From Octopus sinensis (lineage: Eukaryota), in contig NC_043005.1 in the NCBI RefSeq assembly GCF_006345805.1, positions 61,380,001 to 61,444,000 of the forward strand: 64,000 nt of DNA. The letters run 5' to 3'. The translations under genes were made by a program, and so were the position numbers. Positions 11,833-25,818 of the stretch are shown here, one piece after another (positions within the stretch are counted from its first letter, which is position 1; each line of letters begins with the position of its first letter). The notes under the pieces are model-generated. The model did not search any database. It had not been told where the DNA came from and saw only the letters and a list, made by a program, of their open reading frames with translations.

Positions 11833-12329
11833 CCATTTTGGATCTTTTCAATATCGTGAACTTGCTGATAAATATTTTAATTATATAGTGCCTTAATTGT
11901 GTATCCCAAAATTTTAGCCTGCCGGGCGGCTATTTACAAGAGATCAATTACTGTTTTACTCACTTTTTTGTAAATGAGAGATGACGAATTCTTCTCCGAG
12001 CATGTGACTGGCTGCATGTGTTCGCCATTGGTAAGGCCCCGAAAAGCGTATATTCGCTCGAACGAATTTTCCTTCCCTACATTTTTCTCTCTCACTTTCG
12101 CGCGAACGCTGATAAAAATTGTTTTCAACACAGAGAGTCCATAACAGATGTTTTCTCACGACAAATATTGCAGTTACTCTCTTATTGACAGTGTGTCTAC
12201 AGGAAGTATTCTTTATAGATGCCCAATTTAATTAAATACCGCTTCTATTGTGTATCCCGGGTGATAGATAGATAGATAGATAGATAGGTAAGTATGTAGG
12301 TATGCAGACAGACAGACAAGCAGGCAGGC

Positions 12330-12363
<34 letters not shown>

Positions 12364-14559
12364 TCATCGCTACTTCCCAGTAACGCTAAAACATATCTTG
12401 GATTGTTTGTCAATTTGCCGGAAACGCGAAAAGTTAATGAGCCATCATTATTAATTTTTCTCACCCTATATTTGATCCCACTCTACTTTTTTTGTCTTTT
12501 ATAAGGTTCCATTGATATATGCTCTCATCCCAATACATCCCAACACACTTAACTTCTTTATCCAATTAGTATTGTTGCTTTCTGTTTCTTGTCATGCATA
12601 ATTAACATGACTTCTTCAATCGTCCTTTTCCTTTTTACATATTAGTCTTCTTCCTTAATTCCTTGCTGGTAATAGCTTCATAATTCCTACATCTTGTAAT
12701 TCCAATCAATTGGCTTTCTTTTCTTTTATCTTCTATTTGTATTTTCTTTCCTTCGCAAAATAGCAAATAATTGTAGGATTAATTTGGTGCTGCACTTTTG
12801 ACACAAAAACACAATGTTATAGATTATTTCAAGCAACTACTACACTTTACAAGTCAGCCAAAAGGCGTCTACATCATGGCAGATCGAACTGTTAGAAGCA
12901 GCAGATGATTCGTTCTCAGATTACATCCTACTGTCTGAAAATTTGCAGAAAGCCTTGCCTGATGTAGTATTAGACACGTATCGGATAGAAGAATGTGTGA
13001 TCTACGCAGAAATGCCATTCATCTCAATTAGGCCGGATTGAGGCTAGTACGGTCATTTGGGGGAATAGGAACAGTTTGGTGAATAGGGACAGAAAATTAG
13101 AAAGCCCTATACCAGCATAGTAAGAGCTCTGGTCTACAGCTGATCTCATGCCCCTAGAGCATTGATAAGACTTATCAAATTTGCCAGGCCGGCAATAAAT
13201 ATTTTGCCTCGCTTATCCTTACAACACAGATTTTTAAAATCCTTTCAAATATCATCCCTAATATGTCTTACCAATTGTCTATCATCCACGGGCATCAGAT
13301 CGGTCAGTGGACCAGAGTTCTCACCAATGACATCAGAATTCTAATTTTCGTTTTTTCTTTTTTTTTGTCCCGATTCACCGAGAAGTCCCTATTCCTCCCA
13401 AAACCCGATAATAACAGAAGCAGCTACCAAATTTTCATCAATCTGTAGTTATATTTCTATATCTTGAAATTTCTTGAATTAATAACAGAACAGATTGCAC
13501 TCTAACTTAACAGTTGTATTTTTAAAGATAGAAAGTGAACCCAGACCCCCAAAAAATAATTGCTCTATCAATTTACAATTATGAAATACCGCAAAACGTT
13601 GATGTGAAAATTGATGCAAAACAGTCGTATCCAACATGGATTTGAAATACATTTACTGTCGTAATCGAAATTTGCTTCAAAAATACAATAAATCTCATTC
13701 CAATTATATTCATTCTAATATTTGTATTTCTATGTTGTTGTTCTTACTGCTGCTATGATTGTTGTTGCTAAAAATATCCTTAATCGTGGGGAGAGCGCTA
13801 TATAATGTGAGCACATATACGTATCGCTTACTTTCAGTTACTTTTTTTCTTCTTTTGCTTACTCTTTTCTTCTTTATTTTCATTTCTCCTCGTTTCAGCT
13901 TTTCTATTTTCTTCCTTGGCCGCAATTTTCCTCCTCTTTTATACTAAATTATTTATTTATTCTCTTCTTTATTTTCCCATCCCCCATATATCGACATTTA
14001 GTTTTAATTTCTAATTCTTATTTCTATTTTAATTCAAATTATCACTTGCAACATTTTATTTCCAATAAGTTCCTTCTCATTCTTTGTATTTTTATTCCTG
14101 TTTCTCTCAGTTTCAATATTTCATTATATTACAGTTATAGTCAAGAGTTTCTATCCGATACTATCCCTGTATTTAAAAAAGTAATTGCTCTACCTAGTCA
14201 GCGAGGATCTTTTCCTTTTGAACGGCAGTTTTCAACACAATTTCTAGTTAACTAAACACTTTTAAACTTCGTATATTGGTAGAATGTGTCAAAATAAAAC
14301 ATTTTTTTCTCTTGGCTTTCTTGAGAAAATTGTAATTTGTAAGTTTAACGTAGTTTAATATTTCGAATTTTAACCAATCGATGGCCTCATTTGCTGCGTC
14401 TAAAACTGAGATAAATGTTTATTCGATGGCTTGAAAACAATGTATAGTTAAATTATATTTATAAACCATTTTCTAAATATTCACAACTGTCTGATGATTG
14501 GTTTCGCAGAATTCAAAGTAGTCTTTTCGGCTTCACTAAAACACTATCTATCTATCTAC

Positions 14560-14596
<37 letters not shown>

Positions 14597-14597
14597 C

Positions 14598-14784
14598 TTG
14601 TTTCAGTCATTGAAACTGCGGTCATGCTGGGGCACCGCCTTGAAGAATTTTAGTCGAATCAATCGACCACAGTACAATATTTTAAAGACTTGTGCTTTTC
14701 CTATCGGGGAGTTTTTTGCCGAACCGCTAGATAACGAGGACGCAGCCTCACCAACACTGGTTTACAAACGGCGTAGGGGATAGA

Positions 14785-14822
<38 letters not shown>

Positions 14823-15010
14823 TACATACATATATAACACAGGCTTCTTTCAGTTTCGGTCCACCAAATCTGCTCACAAGGCTTCCGTTGGTTTGAAGCT
14901 ATAGCAAAACAAAAAAAAACCCACTTGTCCAGGATGCCACGCAATGGTACTGAACCCGAAACTGTGTCGTTGGGAAGCAAACTTCTGGCAACACTGCCAA
15001 ACCTGCGCCT
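14598..15010 (-). mobile_element. SINE family C copy with internal (AGAT/AGAC)n
   Basis: Reverse complement of the 6573-6945 layout: tttcagtcattga.actgcggtcatgctggggcaccgcc tail and cccgaaactgtgtcgttgggaagcaa head. Confidence 0.8.
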
Positions 15011-15202
15011 TATGTTTTACTTGCTTCAATCTCTAGACTGCGATCGTGCTTTGGCATCACCTTGGAGAGTCGTTAGTGGAACGAATCGACTGCAATATTA
15101 TCGTTAAGCTTGTTATTTCATTCTATCGGTAGCTCTTTTTATGATACCTGTGGCAGGGGACCAACACAGACACAAAATCACACAACTGCATGCACACGCT
15201 CA

Positions 15203-15238
<36 letters not shown>

Positions 15239-15429
15239 CACACACATACGCATGCACGCATGCACACACACACAGACACACAGAGTAGGTGCGGCTGTAT
15301 GGTAAGAATCTTGCTTCCCAACCACACGGCTTTGGGTTCAGTCCCACTGCATGGGCACATATCTTCCACTATAGCCTTGGGCCGACCATAGATTTGTGAA
15401 TAGATTTGACAGACAGTAAAAAAGCTCAT

Positions 15430-15468
<39 letters not shown>

Positions 15469-17589
15469 ACGTATATACGTATGTGTACGTGTCACTGTGT
15501 GAGAAAGTGGGTTCTATATTAGCGATATTTTTCTGCTTCTAAAGCTTGTATTAAAATAGAGACATTTCCTAACTACAAATCATACAAAACTTTTTTCATT
15601 CCATTTATCGCTCTACACAATACGTACAGTACATCGTTATGACCACGGCGAACAGGTTCACGCAGCATGGATTAAATATTCGTTTCAGAATTGATACTGA
15701 GCTACTACTTAGCCGTTCGTTAACACGTGAAAAGGAAATGAATGGCAAAAACACGATTTCCTTCACCACTTGTGGAATCAATACATGTGTTCACTAATAC
15801 AAACTGTTACGCACGAAACATAAAGTAATCGACTCTAATTATTGTCTTAATGGATTGGATAAATAGATATGATATCTTTTATTCTTATCATTGATTATTG
15901 GAAGGCGGCGAAATGTTTGAAAGCGGGCTGGATCATACTGTTTCGTTTATCGATTGAATCCCATATCTTGGTATATTTACACCTATATCTACGTATATAT
16001 GAATATATATATATATATATATAAATACATGCATAGATATATACACACACACACACATATATATATATTTATGTATATATCATATGCAACTACTTTATAT
16101 AATAACGTACACAAGGACACACACATATGAATGTTATATATGTATCTATTTATATATGTACATATATGTATGTGTGTGTATATATGTATACGCTACTTTA
16201 TATCTGTATATTATATTATACGAAATATACTTCCATACATAGTTTCTCTAAAATGATTTATGCATTTTTACTTCTAGAGAGAACATGTATCTCTGAAAAA
16301 TTGAAAAGTTAAAGTCATGAGATTAAACTGGTCGGTTAGCATCCAACTTTATTGAAGTCAGAAACTTTAAATTTCTATAGGATTCGTGAATGATCAAATC
16401 TAAATATTGTATGTAATGTTTATATCCCCAAAATTCGTTTAGCTAGTTCAAATTTATATTCTAATATAGATATAATAAAATTTATACACTATACTGGGCT
16501 TCATAATCAGATTTGACGGCGTTTGTGTAATGTCTGGGTTATATTACTAGTTACTCGGTTATGTGTGTATACCTAACATCGATATTATTTGATAATGTAG
16601 CAGACTAGAGGAGTGTATTATACAATTACTTTTACAATCAAAATTTACTGAGATTCTAAGGGTTGGAACTATTTTCCAGGTAGTTTCTAGCGTGTGGTAT
16701 CATATCTTGCAGAACGATTAAACCTCCTACTTGCTTCGGCGTTTAGACAGCTAAGAAAGGCATTCTTGGATTCCATCCAAATTGACTAATGTTCTGTCTA
16801 GACTTTTCTGATTGAATTCTTTTTGCTAATTTCAGTCATAGGAGTATGCCCACACAAGGGTCACAACCTCGAAAAGACTTTAATCGATTATATTGATCCA
16901 AGTTTATCGATTACTATATATTTTATCGAAGATATTGTAACATTGTTATTATAAAAATACAATAAAAATGAAAATAAAAAATAAAATTAAAATTATAAAG
17001 AAACTATTATTATTATTATTATTATTATTATTATCATTATTATTATTATTATCATCATTATTAATGCGTATTTATATCTGAGACTGACAGATTGTGTTGA
17101 ATTATACAAAATAACTCACGATGCTTATTCGACAGTATTGGCAGCGATTTAATTAAATAAATCTTTTCTTAAAGTACATGATTTTGTTTCTAGTTTCGAA
17201 GTATTTGTTATCGTTGCCATTAAGAAATATTCATTATTTTTGGCATTATCCTAATTGTTGTTATCGTAATTGTTGTTGTTGAGAGATAGTGCAGTGTGCA
17301 ACGTCCAATTGGTAGAATCTTTTGAACATCAGGAAAAATTGTCTTGAATTATTTGAACGGCTTCTAGGTTCAAATTCTCTGAAGTCAATTCTCTTATTCA
17401 TTTTTCAAGTATCTATGATATGAAGTACCAGCAGTGTACTAGGGTTAATATATCTGAATATGCCTCCACCTTAGTCAAGTCACCGAAATGTAATTTTTAT
17501 TTGTGTTTCTAAGTCGGATTTCTTAATTAGTGCAGTTGAATGTAAAATCAGTGAAGTAACTTTCAAACGGCCCGTGTAGAATTTAGGTA

Positions 17590-17866
17590 GGTTGTTTCAA
17601 TCAGCTCTACCATTACTCGACCACGACCGGTTTCATGCATGAATATTTTTCCACAGACCGCAAGATCACACACTTAACAAAATGCAATAGAGTGAATGAT
17701 ATGTAAATTAAATATTACATGTACAATGCACATATATTACATGTATAATTCATATCTATAATGCGAAAATACCTTATAGTCAGCAAAAGTGATTCTATTT
17801 TGCGGCCCGGTACTAAATGATCTACGGTTTGATACTGGTTCACGGGTCGGTGGTTGGAGACCCCTG
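17590..17866. mobile_element. hAT (Charlie-like) non-autonomous element / MITE
   Basis: Right terminus ggttggagacccctg (CAGGGGTCTCCAACC on minus). Subterminal gaccggtttcatg...atttttccacagacc and gcggcccggtact resemble Charlie3/MER1-type ends as I recall them. The left TIR is decayed and no TSD is seen. Confidence 0.55.
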
Positions 17867-18289
17867 CATTCAATCATGAATTTTAACTTAACCATTGGCA
17901 AATTTGCAAGTAGACCAACCACTCACTCCAGGAGTCGATGAAATAATTACCAAGCAATTACATGATCGAAGCAATCAATATTATGTAATTTGTTGCAGTA
18001 TTTGATTTATTTATTTTTGCTTTTTGGTAATTTCACCAGTCCCAAAGGTATTTGATACTATGAACATCGTCGTAAATTTTTCGGCATCTTTAACATCATC
18101 ATAATATAACTATTGACTTGTCATTACCATAATTATCATCACCGTCATCAACAGCATACCATCATTACCAATGCCAAAACCACCACCACCATCATCAGCA
18201 TCATCCTCATCATGATCATAGACATCATCAACATCATCGCAATCAACGCTATATTTATTACGGCTCTTTTAACTTTGTCATTGTTGTTA

Positions 18290-18485
18290 AAGAGGTGATC
18301 CGGCAGAATGTTTGGTACAGCGGCTGAAATACTTAGCGGTATTTCGTCCGTCTGTACATTCTGAGTTCAAATTCCGCCAAAGGTCAACATTCGGGGTCGA
18401 TAAATTCACTATCAGTCAAGTAGTGGGGTCGATGTAATCTCCTTACCCCAAATTGCTGCCCTTGTGATAAAATTTGAACCCATTA
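18290..18485 (+). mobile_element. SINE family A copy (tail type B)
   Basis: ggcagaat...cttagcggtatttcgtc...ctgagttcaaattccgcc...ggggtcgatgtaatc...aattgctgcccttgtg..aaaatttgaacc. Confidence 0.8.
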
Positions 18486-18711
18486 TTATTATTGTTGTTC
18501 TTGTTGTTTATTTATTTATTTATTTATTACTTATAGAAAACAGTTACCTGTATGTTGATCAATGCCTTATGCGCCCCAACGGGTGGAACATAAATAATAT
18601 TTTGTTACTTTTGTATTTTTTCTAATCTTATTATTTGTTGATTGAATGCAAACTACTAATCAGTAATATTTAATTGGGTTTCAAATAATTAACAACGTTT
18701 TAAGAATCCTT

Positions 18712-18764
<53 letters not shown>

Positions 18765-19202
18765 TCTCTCACTCCTGATGTAATTACTGAAGACCAAATA
18801 TTTTAAATTTCACGGCTCGAAGTATCACAAGGATACCCGAACGCAAAAGACAATGAAATAAATATCTTAACAGGATAATTCATTTTATCGACTTGAATGA
18901 CATATAACCCTGAAGACAACGAATTTTATGTAGTCGCATGAGTTAAAAGAAGAAGCAACTAAATTTCCTTGTGTAATCCAAAAGACATCAAGTATCTGTT
19001 AATGTAATCATACCTGTGTGAACACGCATGGCCTATAGGTTAGGATGTTGCATGCGAGATAATGGTTTCGATTCCTAGACCGAGTTACCCGTTGTGTTCT
19101 TGAGCAAAACATTTCATCTCGCGTTGGTCTGTGATCACTTCGACAAAGATTGTCTCAAAGACTCAGGCGCAGTGAAGATTCCTTTCTATTCTGTTTTATA
19201 AT

Positions 19203-19266
<64 letters not shown>

Positions 19267-19296
19267 GCTGCTGCTGCTACTACTACTGCTACTATT
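19203..19296. repeat. (ACT)n/(GCT)n trinucleotide microsatellite
   Basis: Direct reading. It gives the poly-T/poly-A pseudo-ORF 19150-19365. Confidence 0.95.
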
Positions 19297-20271
19297 ATTA
19301 CTCATGTATACAAATCTCCACTCTTTTTCACGCAACAAATTTTATTGAAAGGTATGTCAAGATGAAAACAGATATCAGTCAATGTCACCCCAGACGTTGC
19401 TGTCAGAAGATGAAAGACTGTAACAAACATCAGAAGGCATCTTGTCTAATGCCCAAACAGTCCTTTCAGGATTGCTACCCTTTCATCGCTCCATACCCTC
19501 ACGGAAACATGTATAAAAAGATTAAAGTCAAAATAGCCTTTATTGGGATTTGAACTGAAAGTGCAGAAATTTGGAACAAATACCGCAAGGTATCCTACAC
19601 GATGTTCGAAAGAATTTGCCAATTCGCCGCCTTTTGAGTGAGAATAACACTTGACAAAATGCCTCTCAATGTCTATTTATCAGTTTTTTTTCCCTTTATT
19701 ATATCTAGTGACCATCAACTGCATGACGTTTATCCTCTCTGTCTTATCTCCCACGATCACCTTCCTCACACTTTACTCGCCTCTATAAACAGCATTCCAA
19801 TACATTTAATTCCAGTGTAGGCTTCGATAAATATGTTGGTATCCATAATTCATTTTACGGTACATCAGCGTACGAAGAACACTTCTATTTTCAAATGTTG
19901 ATGAGACATTACTAACGGAGATAAGAAAAATAGTGATAGCTATTTTATCTGTTCCACTGACAAAAAGAGTGAACAAGATCATGAAAAATATTTCATTTCT
20001 TCATAGGACATTATTGCATTTAGGACTGACACTAAATTTCCTTAGAGATCTCAAGACTTCAAAGAAAATTACATACTTTATCAGAAAAGAAATACGAAAT
20101 TTCATGCATCAAGGAGTACTTTTTATTTATTTATATATTTTCGCAAAGTCCCTGTAGGACAGTTATCTATTCCAAATATCTTCAAAACTATGCATTTTCT
20201 ATTTCTCTCGCTCACATTCGTATATCTTCGGCAGCTTTATTGACCAACAAACTGCCATTAACGTAAAATAT

Positions 20272-21115
<844 letters not shown>

Positions 21116-21340
21116 TATGCCACAGCTAAGCTGCTACAACCAATGAGCTGCTGCAACCCCAACCACCACCACCACCACGGTTACTACTACTACGACCAAC
21201 AGTCACTGCTGCTACCGTCATTTCAGCCACTGACCATTCGAACACATAAGACAGCTATTATAATTACTCCCCACAAAACACCACCATGTGGATTCTGTTG
21301 AGACCAGTAAGAAACGATTATGAACTTTTATATTACACTT

Positions 21341-21413
21341 AACTTTTTAAAATATTTTTGATAAGGTTCGTTTTTTCAAGAAGAACCGAAACATGTAAAA
21401 TTTCTAAAAAATT
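21341..21413 (+). ncRNA. Minimal type-I hammerhead ribozyme-like fold (U3-A8 core variant), probably from a PLE terminal repeat
   Basis: Core TTGATAA (21358-64), stem II GGTTC/GAACC (21365-69 / 21383-87), GAAA (21388-91), palindromic stem III ACATGT, cleavage triplet GTA (21395-97), and an extended A-U-rich stem I between 21341-57 and 21398-413. Confidence 0.6.
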
Positions 21414-21759
21414 AAAATTTATCTTATATAGTGACGTTTTCAAACTTCCTTTTCATAAATTATATATATATATATATAGTCGCGTTAATAAAGGGATGTG
21501 GATTCGAGTCCCACGCGGATAGGAAACCCTACTTTTTCTGTCGAGGACTTATATGCCCCATTATTAGACTATTTTTCTTAATCATTGCACTGTGGTCGCT
21601 ATAAGCTTTAGGCTTCCATAATACCATAATTATTATTTACAGGATTGTAAAACCCGACGTCGTATAACAAAACCATTGGTACCGAAAGCATATACTGATT
21701 GCTTTTTATTGAGTAGATATGTTTCAGCACCGTCCATTAGACGGAGGGGCGTTTTGTGC

Positions 21760-21793
<34 letters not shown>

Positions 21794-21939
21794 CAATAAC
21801 ATCAAATAAAGTACAGAAGAATATTCTCACATTATTCCATTAATGGAAGCCATGACTGTGGTTTCCTTTTGCCTATTTCATGCAACAGAGCAACTTTGAT
21901 ATCATTCCTCATATTTTCCAAACTGATATTTAATCTAAA

Positions 21940-22155
21940 GCTGTGAGTTGGCAGAATCGTTACCGAACTGGGCAAAATACTTAACCGCATTTCGTCCGTC
22001 TTTATGTAACGGGTTCAAATTCCACCGAGGTTGGCTTGGGCTTTCCTCCTTTGGGGGTCGATGACATAAGTACCAGTTGATCACTGGGATCGATGTAATT
22101 GATTTAATCCGTACCCCATATTTGCTGGCCCTGTATCAAAGTTTGAAACCAATAT
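21940..22155 (+). mobile_element. SINE family A copy (tail type B)
   Basis: gagttggcagaatcgtta A box, ggttcaaattcc B box, ggggtcgatg..taagtaccagttga.cactggg core. Confidence 0.8.
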
Positions 22156-22623
22156 TTAATCGTATGTTCGTAAAACTTAACAAATGCTTACCCCTGATGG
22201 ATTGCATTATAGGGAATTATCAGTGGTTTGTGTAGGGATATAGTAGGGTGTTATACCGGGTGATTAAGTGTCAGTCTCTTTAGCTGCTAAACCAACACAT
22301 TGTCAATTCAGTTGTAGAATACTCTGGAAGTAAAGCACCAGAAGATAAAACTAATTCTGTGTCTAAAAATCAGACCGAACAACCCGAAATCCTGGTTTCT
22401 GAAGACAATTTATATTGTACTTCCCTTCAGTTTGCTCGTACGTGCACTTATTTATCTACAATTGAATGGGATTTCTTTTCTTTTGTCATTTTTTGCCATT
22501 AGTTTTTCAGAATATTCTTGACGAGTGCTAAAATGTCAAATTCCTAGAGAAGGAATGTCTATGAGTTGTAACGTTTTATCGTCTTTCGGTTTTTTTAATT
22601 TTGAAAGGCATTATTAGCTTAGG

Positions 22624-22672
<49 letters not shown>

Positions 22673-22883
22673 GCTACTACTATACAGATCTAGAGTAATA
22701 TGTTCCTTTATGTGTGTGTAATTTCATTACTTATACTCGCAAGCAATTTTCTTAAGTATATTCGAGGCAAATATTTCAAAATGTATTTAAGATAACTGTC
22801 AGCAAAATGTTGTGCCAGGATTGGTTAGAAATAGATCAACAAAAATAAGTACCTTGTGTTAGTTACTTTATATAGTAAATAGA

Positions 22884-23048
22884 TAGAGAGAGAGACAGAC
22901 AGACAGACACATAGATAGATAGATAGATAAATACATACATATATACACAGGTAGATAGAAAAATAGACAGCTAGACAAACAGACATACAGGCAAACAGAC
23001 AGACAGATAGGCAGGCGGACAGATAGATAGGTAGATATATAGACAAAG

Positions 23049-23091
<43 letters not shown>

Positions 23092-23160
23092 CAGCTTGAC
23101 AAACAGACAGACAGGCAGGTGGACAGATAGACAGACAGGCAGGCAGGTAGACAGGCAGAC

Positions 23161-23225
<65 letters not shown>
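22884..23225. repeat. (AGAT)n/(AGAC)n tetranucleotide array
   Basis: Direct reading. Gives the SIYL pseudo-ORFs. Confidence 0.95.
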
Positions 23226-23226
<1 letters not shown>

Positions 23227-23789
23227 GCCGCTTGGCTGTCCACGATATGTATGCAAAATATAACATAGTTCTACTTTTATAATTTGAAATATTTGCCATA
23301 AAATTTTAAAATATTTTCATCTATATTATAGGTGAATAGCTGAAAAGCTGTTTTATTTGTCTAGCAAAGATATAGATGTAAGGAATGTTGTATTTAAAAT
23401 ATTGAACAAATATATTATCTATTGTAATGGTTATAGATTTAATATGTTTGTTGTCTGGCATTGTTAAAATCATGTTTGTAGTATTTGATACAATTATATA
23501 ACTGTATATGTCGAAACCAATAATATCGAAATGTAGACATAACTAACACAAGAACTACTAAATAGAATAGTACGTATAACTTTAGAAAGTCAATGAAAGA
23601 TGGTTGCTGCTGCTCTTGATGTTTCTGTAGTTACTTTTTAAACCGTGTTCATCACTGATCAAAGTCGTTCGATCCATAATTATCCCGTCTTCTTTCAAAT
23701 GTTTAGGCTTTTATTATATAATATATATATTACTATATAATTTCTTTCAATTAGAGTTTCAAATGTTGCCACAAAGGCAGCAATTAAGG

Positions 23790-24200
23790 AGAGAGTATGA
23801 GTCGATGACATCGACCCCAGTGTTCAACTGGTACTTATTTTATCGATCCTGAAAGGATGAAAAGTAAAGTCCACTTCGGCAGAATTTGAACTCAGTACAT
23901 AGCTATGGATGAAATACCACTAAGCATTCGGTCCAGTGCGCTAACGATTCTGCCAGCTCGTCACCATAATTTCTTTTAATAACATGGCATGAAAGACTGT
24001 GAGCTGACAGAATCTTTGGCACACTAGGCAAAATTCTGAGCGGCATTTCGTCCGTCTTAACGTTCTGAGTCTAAATTCCGCCGAAGTCGACTTTACCCTT
24101 CATCCTCTCAGGATCGATAAAATAAGTACCAGTTGATCATTGTGGTCGATATATCGACTTACCCCTTCCCTTGACATTGTGCCAAAACTTGAAATCAATG
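23790..24200. mobile_element. Head-to-head inverted pair of SINE family A copies
   Basis: Minus copy about 23790-23965 and plus copy about 23995-24200, with heads about 30 bp apart. Confidence 0.8.
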
Positions 24201-25230
24201 TAGTATGGCATGATTAATTAGTAAAATTTGACTGCGGTTTTTAACAGACCTGTGGACCATATTGATGCACCCTCGTTTCGCCAGAAAAATGGATATTCAG
24301 AGCGCATTTATTCACATCCCATGGGACCGGGAAATGAGAATTTGGAGAGGAAGAGAGAATTTGGAGAGATGTGAAAAAGTATTGTATCTCTCTATTGTCA
24401 GTTCAACGAACGAAGTATAAGTTCCTAAAATTACAAGTAATTTTATACGTAAATTATTCGCCATATAATAAAAACTTTTAAGCTTCTTATTAAGTATTCT
24501 CCTGTCCTTCCTAAAACGTTGTTTAATGAGCCAACAAGAATTCTTTAATCAGTTGCTACTAAAAGTAGCTGTCTAACCTCTCTCAACCCAAACTATCCCC
24601 TTAAGTAAGATGAATGCCATACTGGATAGTGCAGCTCAGTGGATACACACACAATCACGTCACGCGCATAAACGCCAATGACATCAGCAGCGATTTCAAT
24701 AATAAAATAGTTCTTTTAAGGCATACTTAAAATTTTGATCTTTTAAGTCATTTTTCAAAACTGATAGACACAATATCTCGAAAGCGTTTGATTATTCATT
24801 ATCGCGACTGTGACATTTCTCGTCTCCATCTTACTCGATTCCACCCCAGATTTAATGTACTCGGTGATTTGAAGAATTTAGTTAAGGGATTCATTTCTGA
24901 TTTAGCTGTAAGCGACAAACAAATCTTGATGCTACTTCCACTCACTATGCAAGCAAATTTCAGAGTAAAGCGTCAGTTTTTGCTTTTGTGTATTCTATTT
25001 AAGGGCGGTGACTTCACCTTGCATTAGGCAGTCTTGAAGAGTTGCATTTTATAGATATCATTTAACTACTGATATACTTCGTACATGTATTTGTTTTGCA
25101 AGATTCTCGATGTGAAATCGTATCTTCAAACAAATATTATGTTTTGGAATAATCATCTTTTGCCATTTAAACACACGCACTATATATTCTATCTTCATTT
25201 TAGATATTTTTATTATTATTATTATTATTA

Positions 25231-25757
25231 GAGTGAGAGAGCAGTGCATGCCATCAAAGTGATACTGGAGTAAAATATACGAACCCCAATTTACCCATTA
25301 ACTACCCGTTTGATAAAGCAGGCACATTCATGCCAACCATGTGTGCGCGACATGGTGATCAAGACAAACAGCGCATGACCCTGCAGGTAAGGGCCCAGTT
25401 AGAATTTTCTTCAGGTCGAGTAGCCCATCCCGCTCAAAATATCCCCGAATAAGGGTTGTTTGAGGAGGTTGAACAAAACACCCACATTTCCAAAGGTGAA
25501 TTATCCAAACCCCAAAGAATTCCTCTCAACACATGGCTATGATACTCCCCCGGTACTTCTGCTCATGTTCAGAGATGCAAATATCGTCAGCCACTAAGGA
25601 ACATACGCAACTGGTTAAGGTCAAACAACTGACGAGCAAATCTGTGGTAATGAGCAGAATATTTGTTGTAGCCCATCTTTTACAGTATCTTTTACACTTC
25701 CAAACAGTTAAGATAAAAAGCCATGAGAGCCACTGCCTGGTACTGCATCAAAGCATT
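25231..25757 (-). mobile_element. Non-autonomous retroelement or LINE 3' remnant sitting within a (TAA)n microsatellite
   Basis: About 530 bp of higher-GC sequence with (TAT/TAA)n on both sides. The minus-strand end ...gcactgctctctcactc runs into (taa)n. A second partial copy lies at about 44160-44290 (cagagatgcacatat...gcaaatctgtg...gagcagaatatttgc). Confidence 0.6.
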
Positions 25758-25777
25758 AATATTATTATTATTATTAT

Positions 25778-25818
<41 letters not shown>

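Noticed and set aside
11890-12260. CCAAT/E-box-containing, CpG-richer segment resembling a promoter
   Set aside because: No adjacent gene evidence. It has short terminal direct and inverted similarities and looks more like a dispersed repeat.
12440-13345. Protein-like frames (minus 12440-12700 with KEVKCVGMYWD; plus 12830-13040)
   Set aside because: Only vague similarity to LINE RT motifs, multiple stops; cannot be supported without a search.
21715-21760. Minus-strand hairpin followed by GAAACATAT (half a hammerhead)
   Set aside because: No CUGANGA core upstream.
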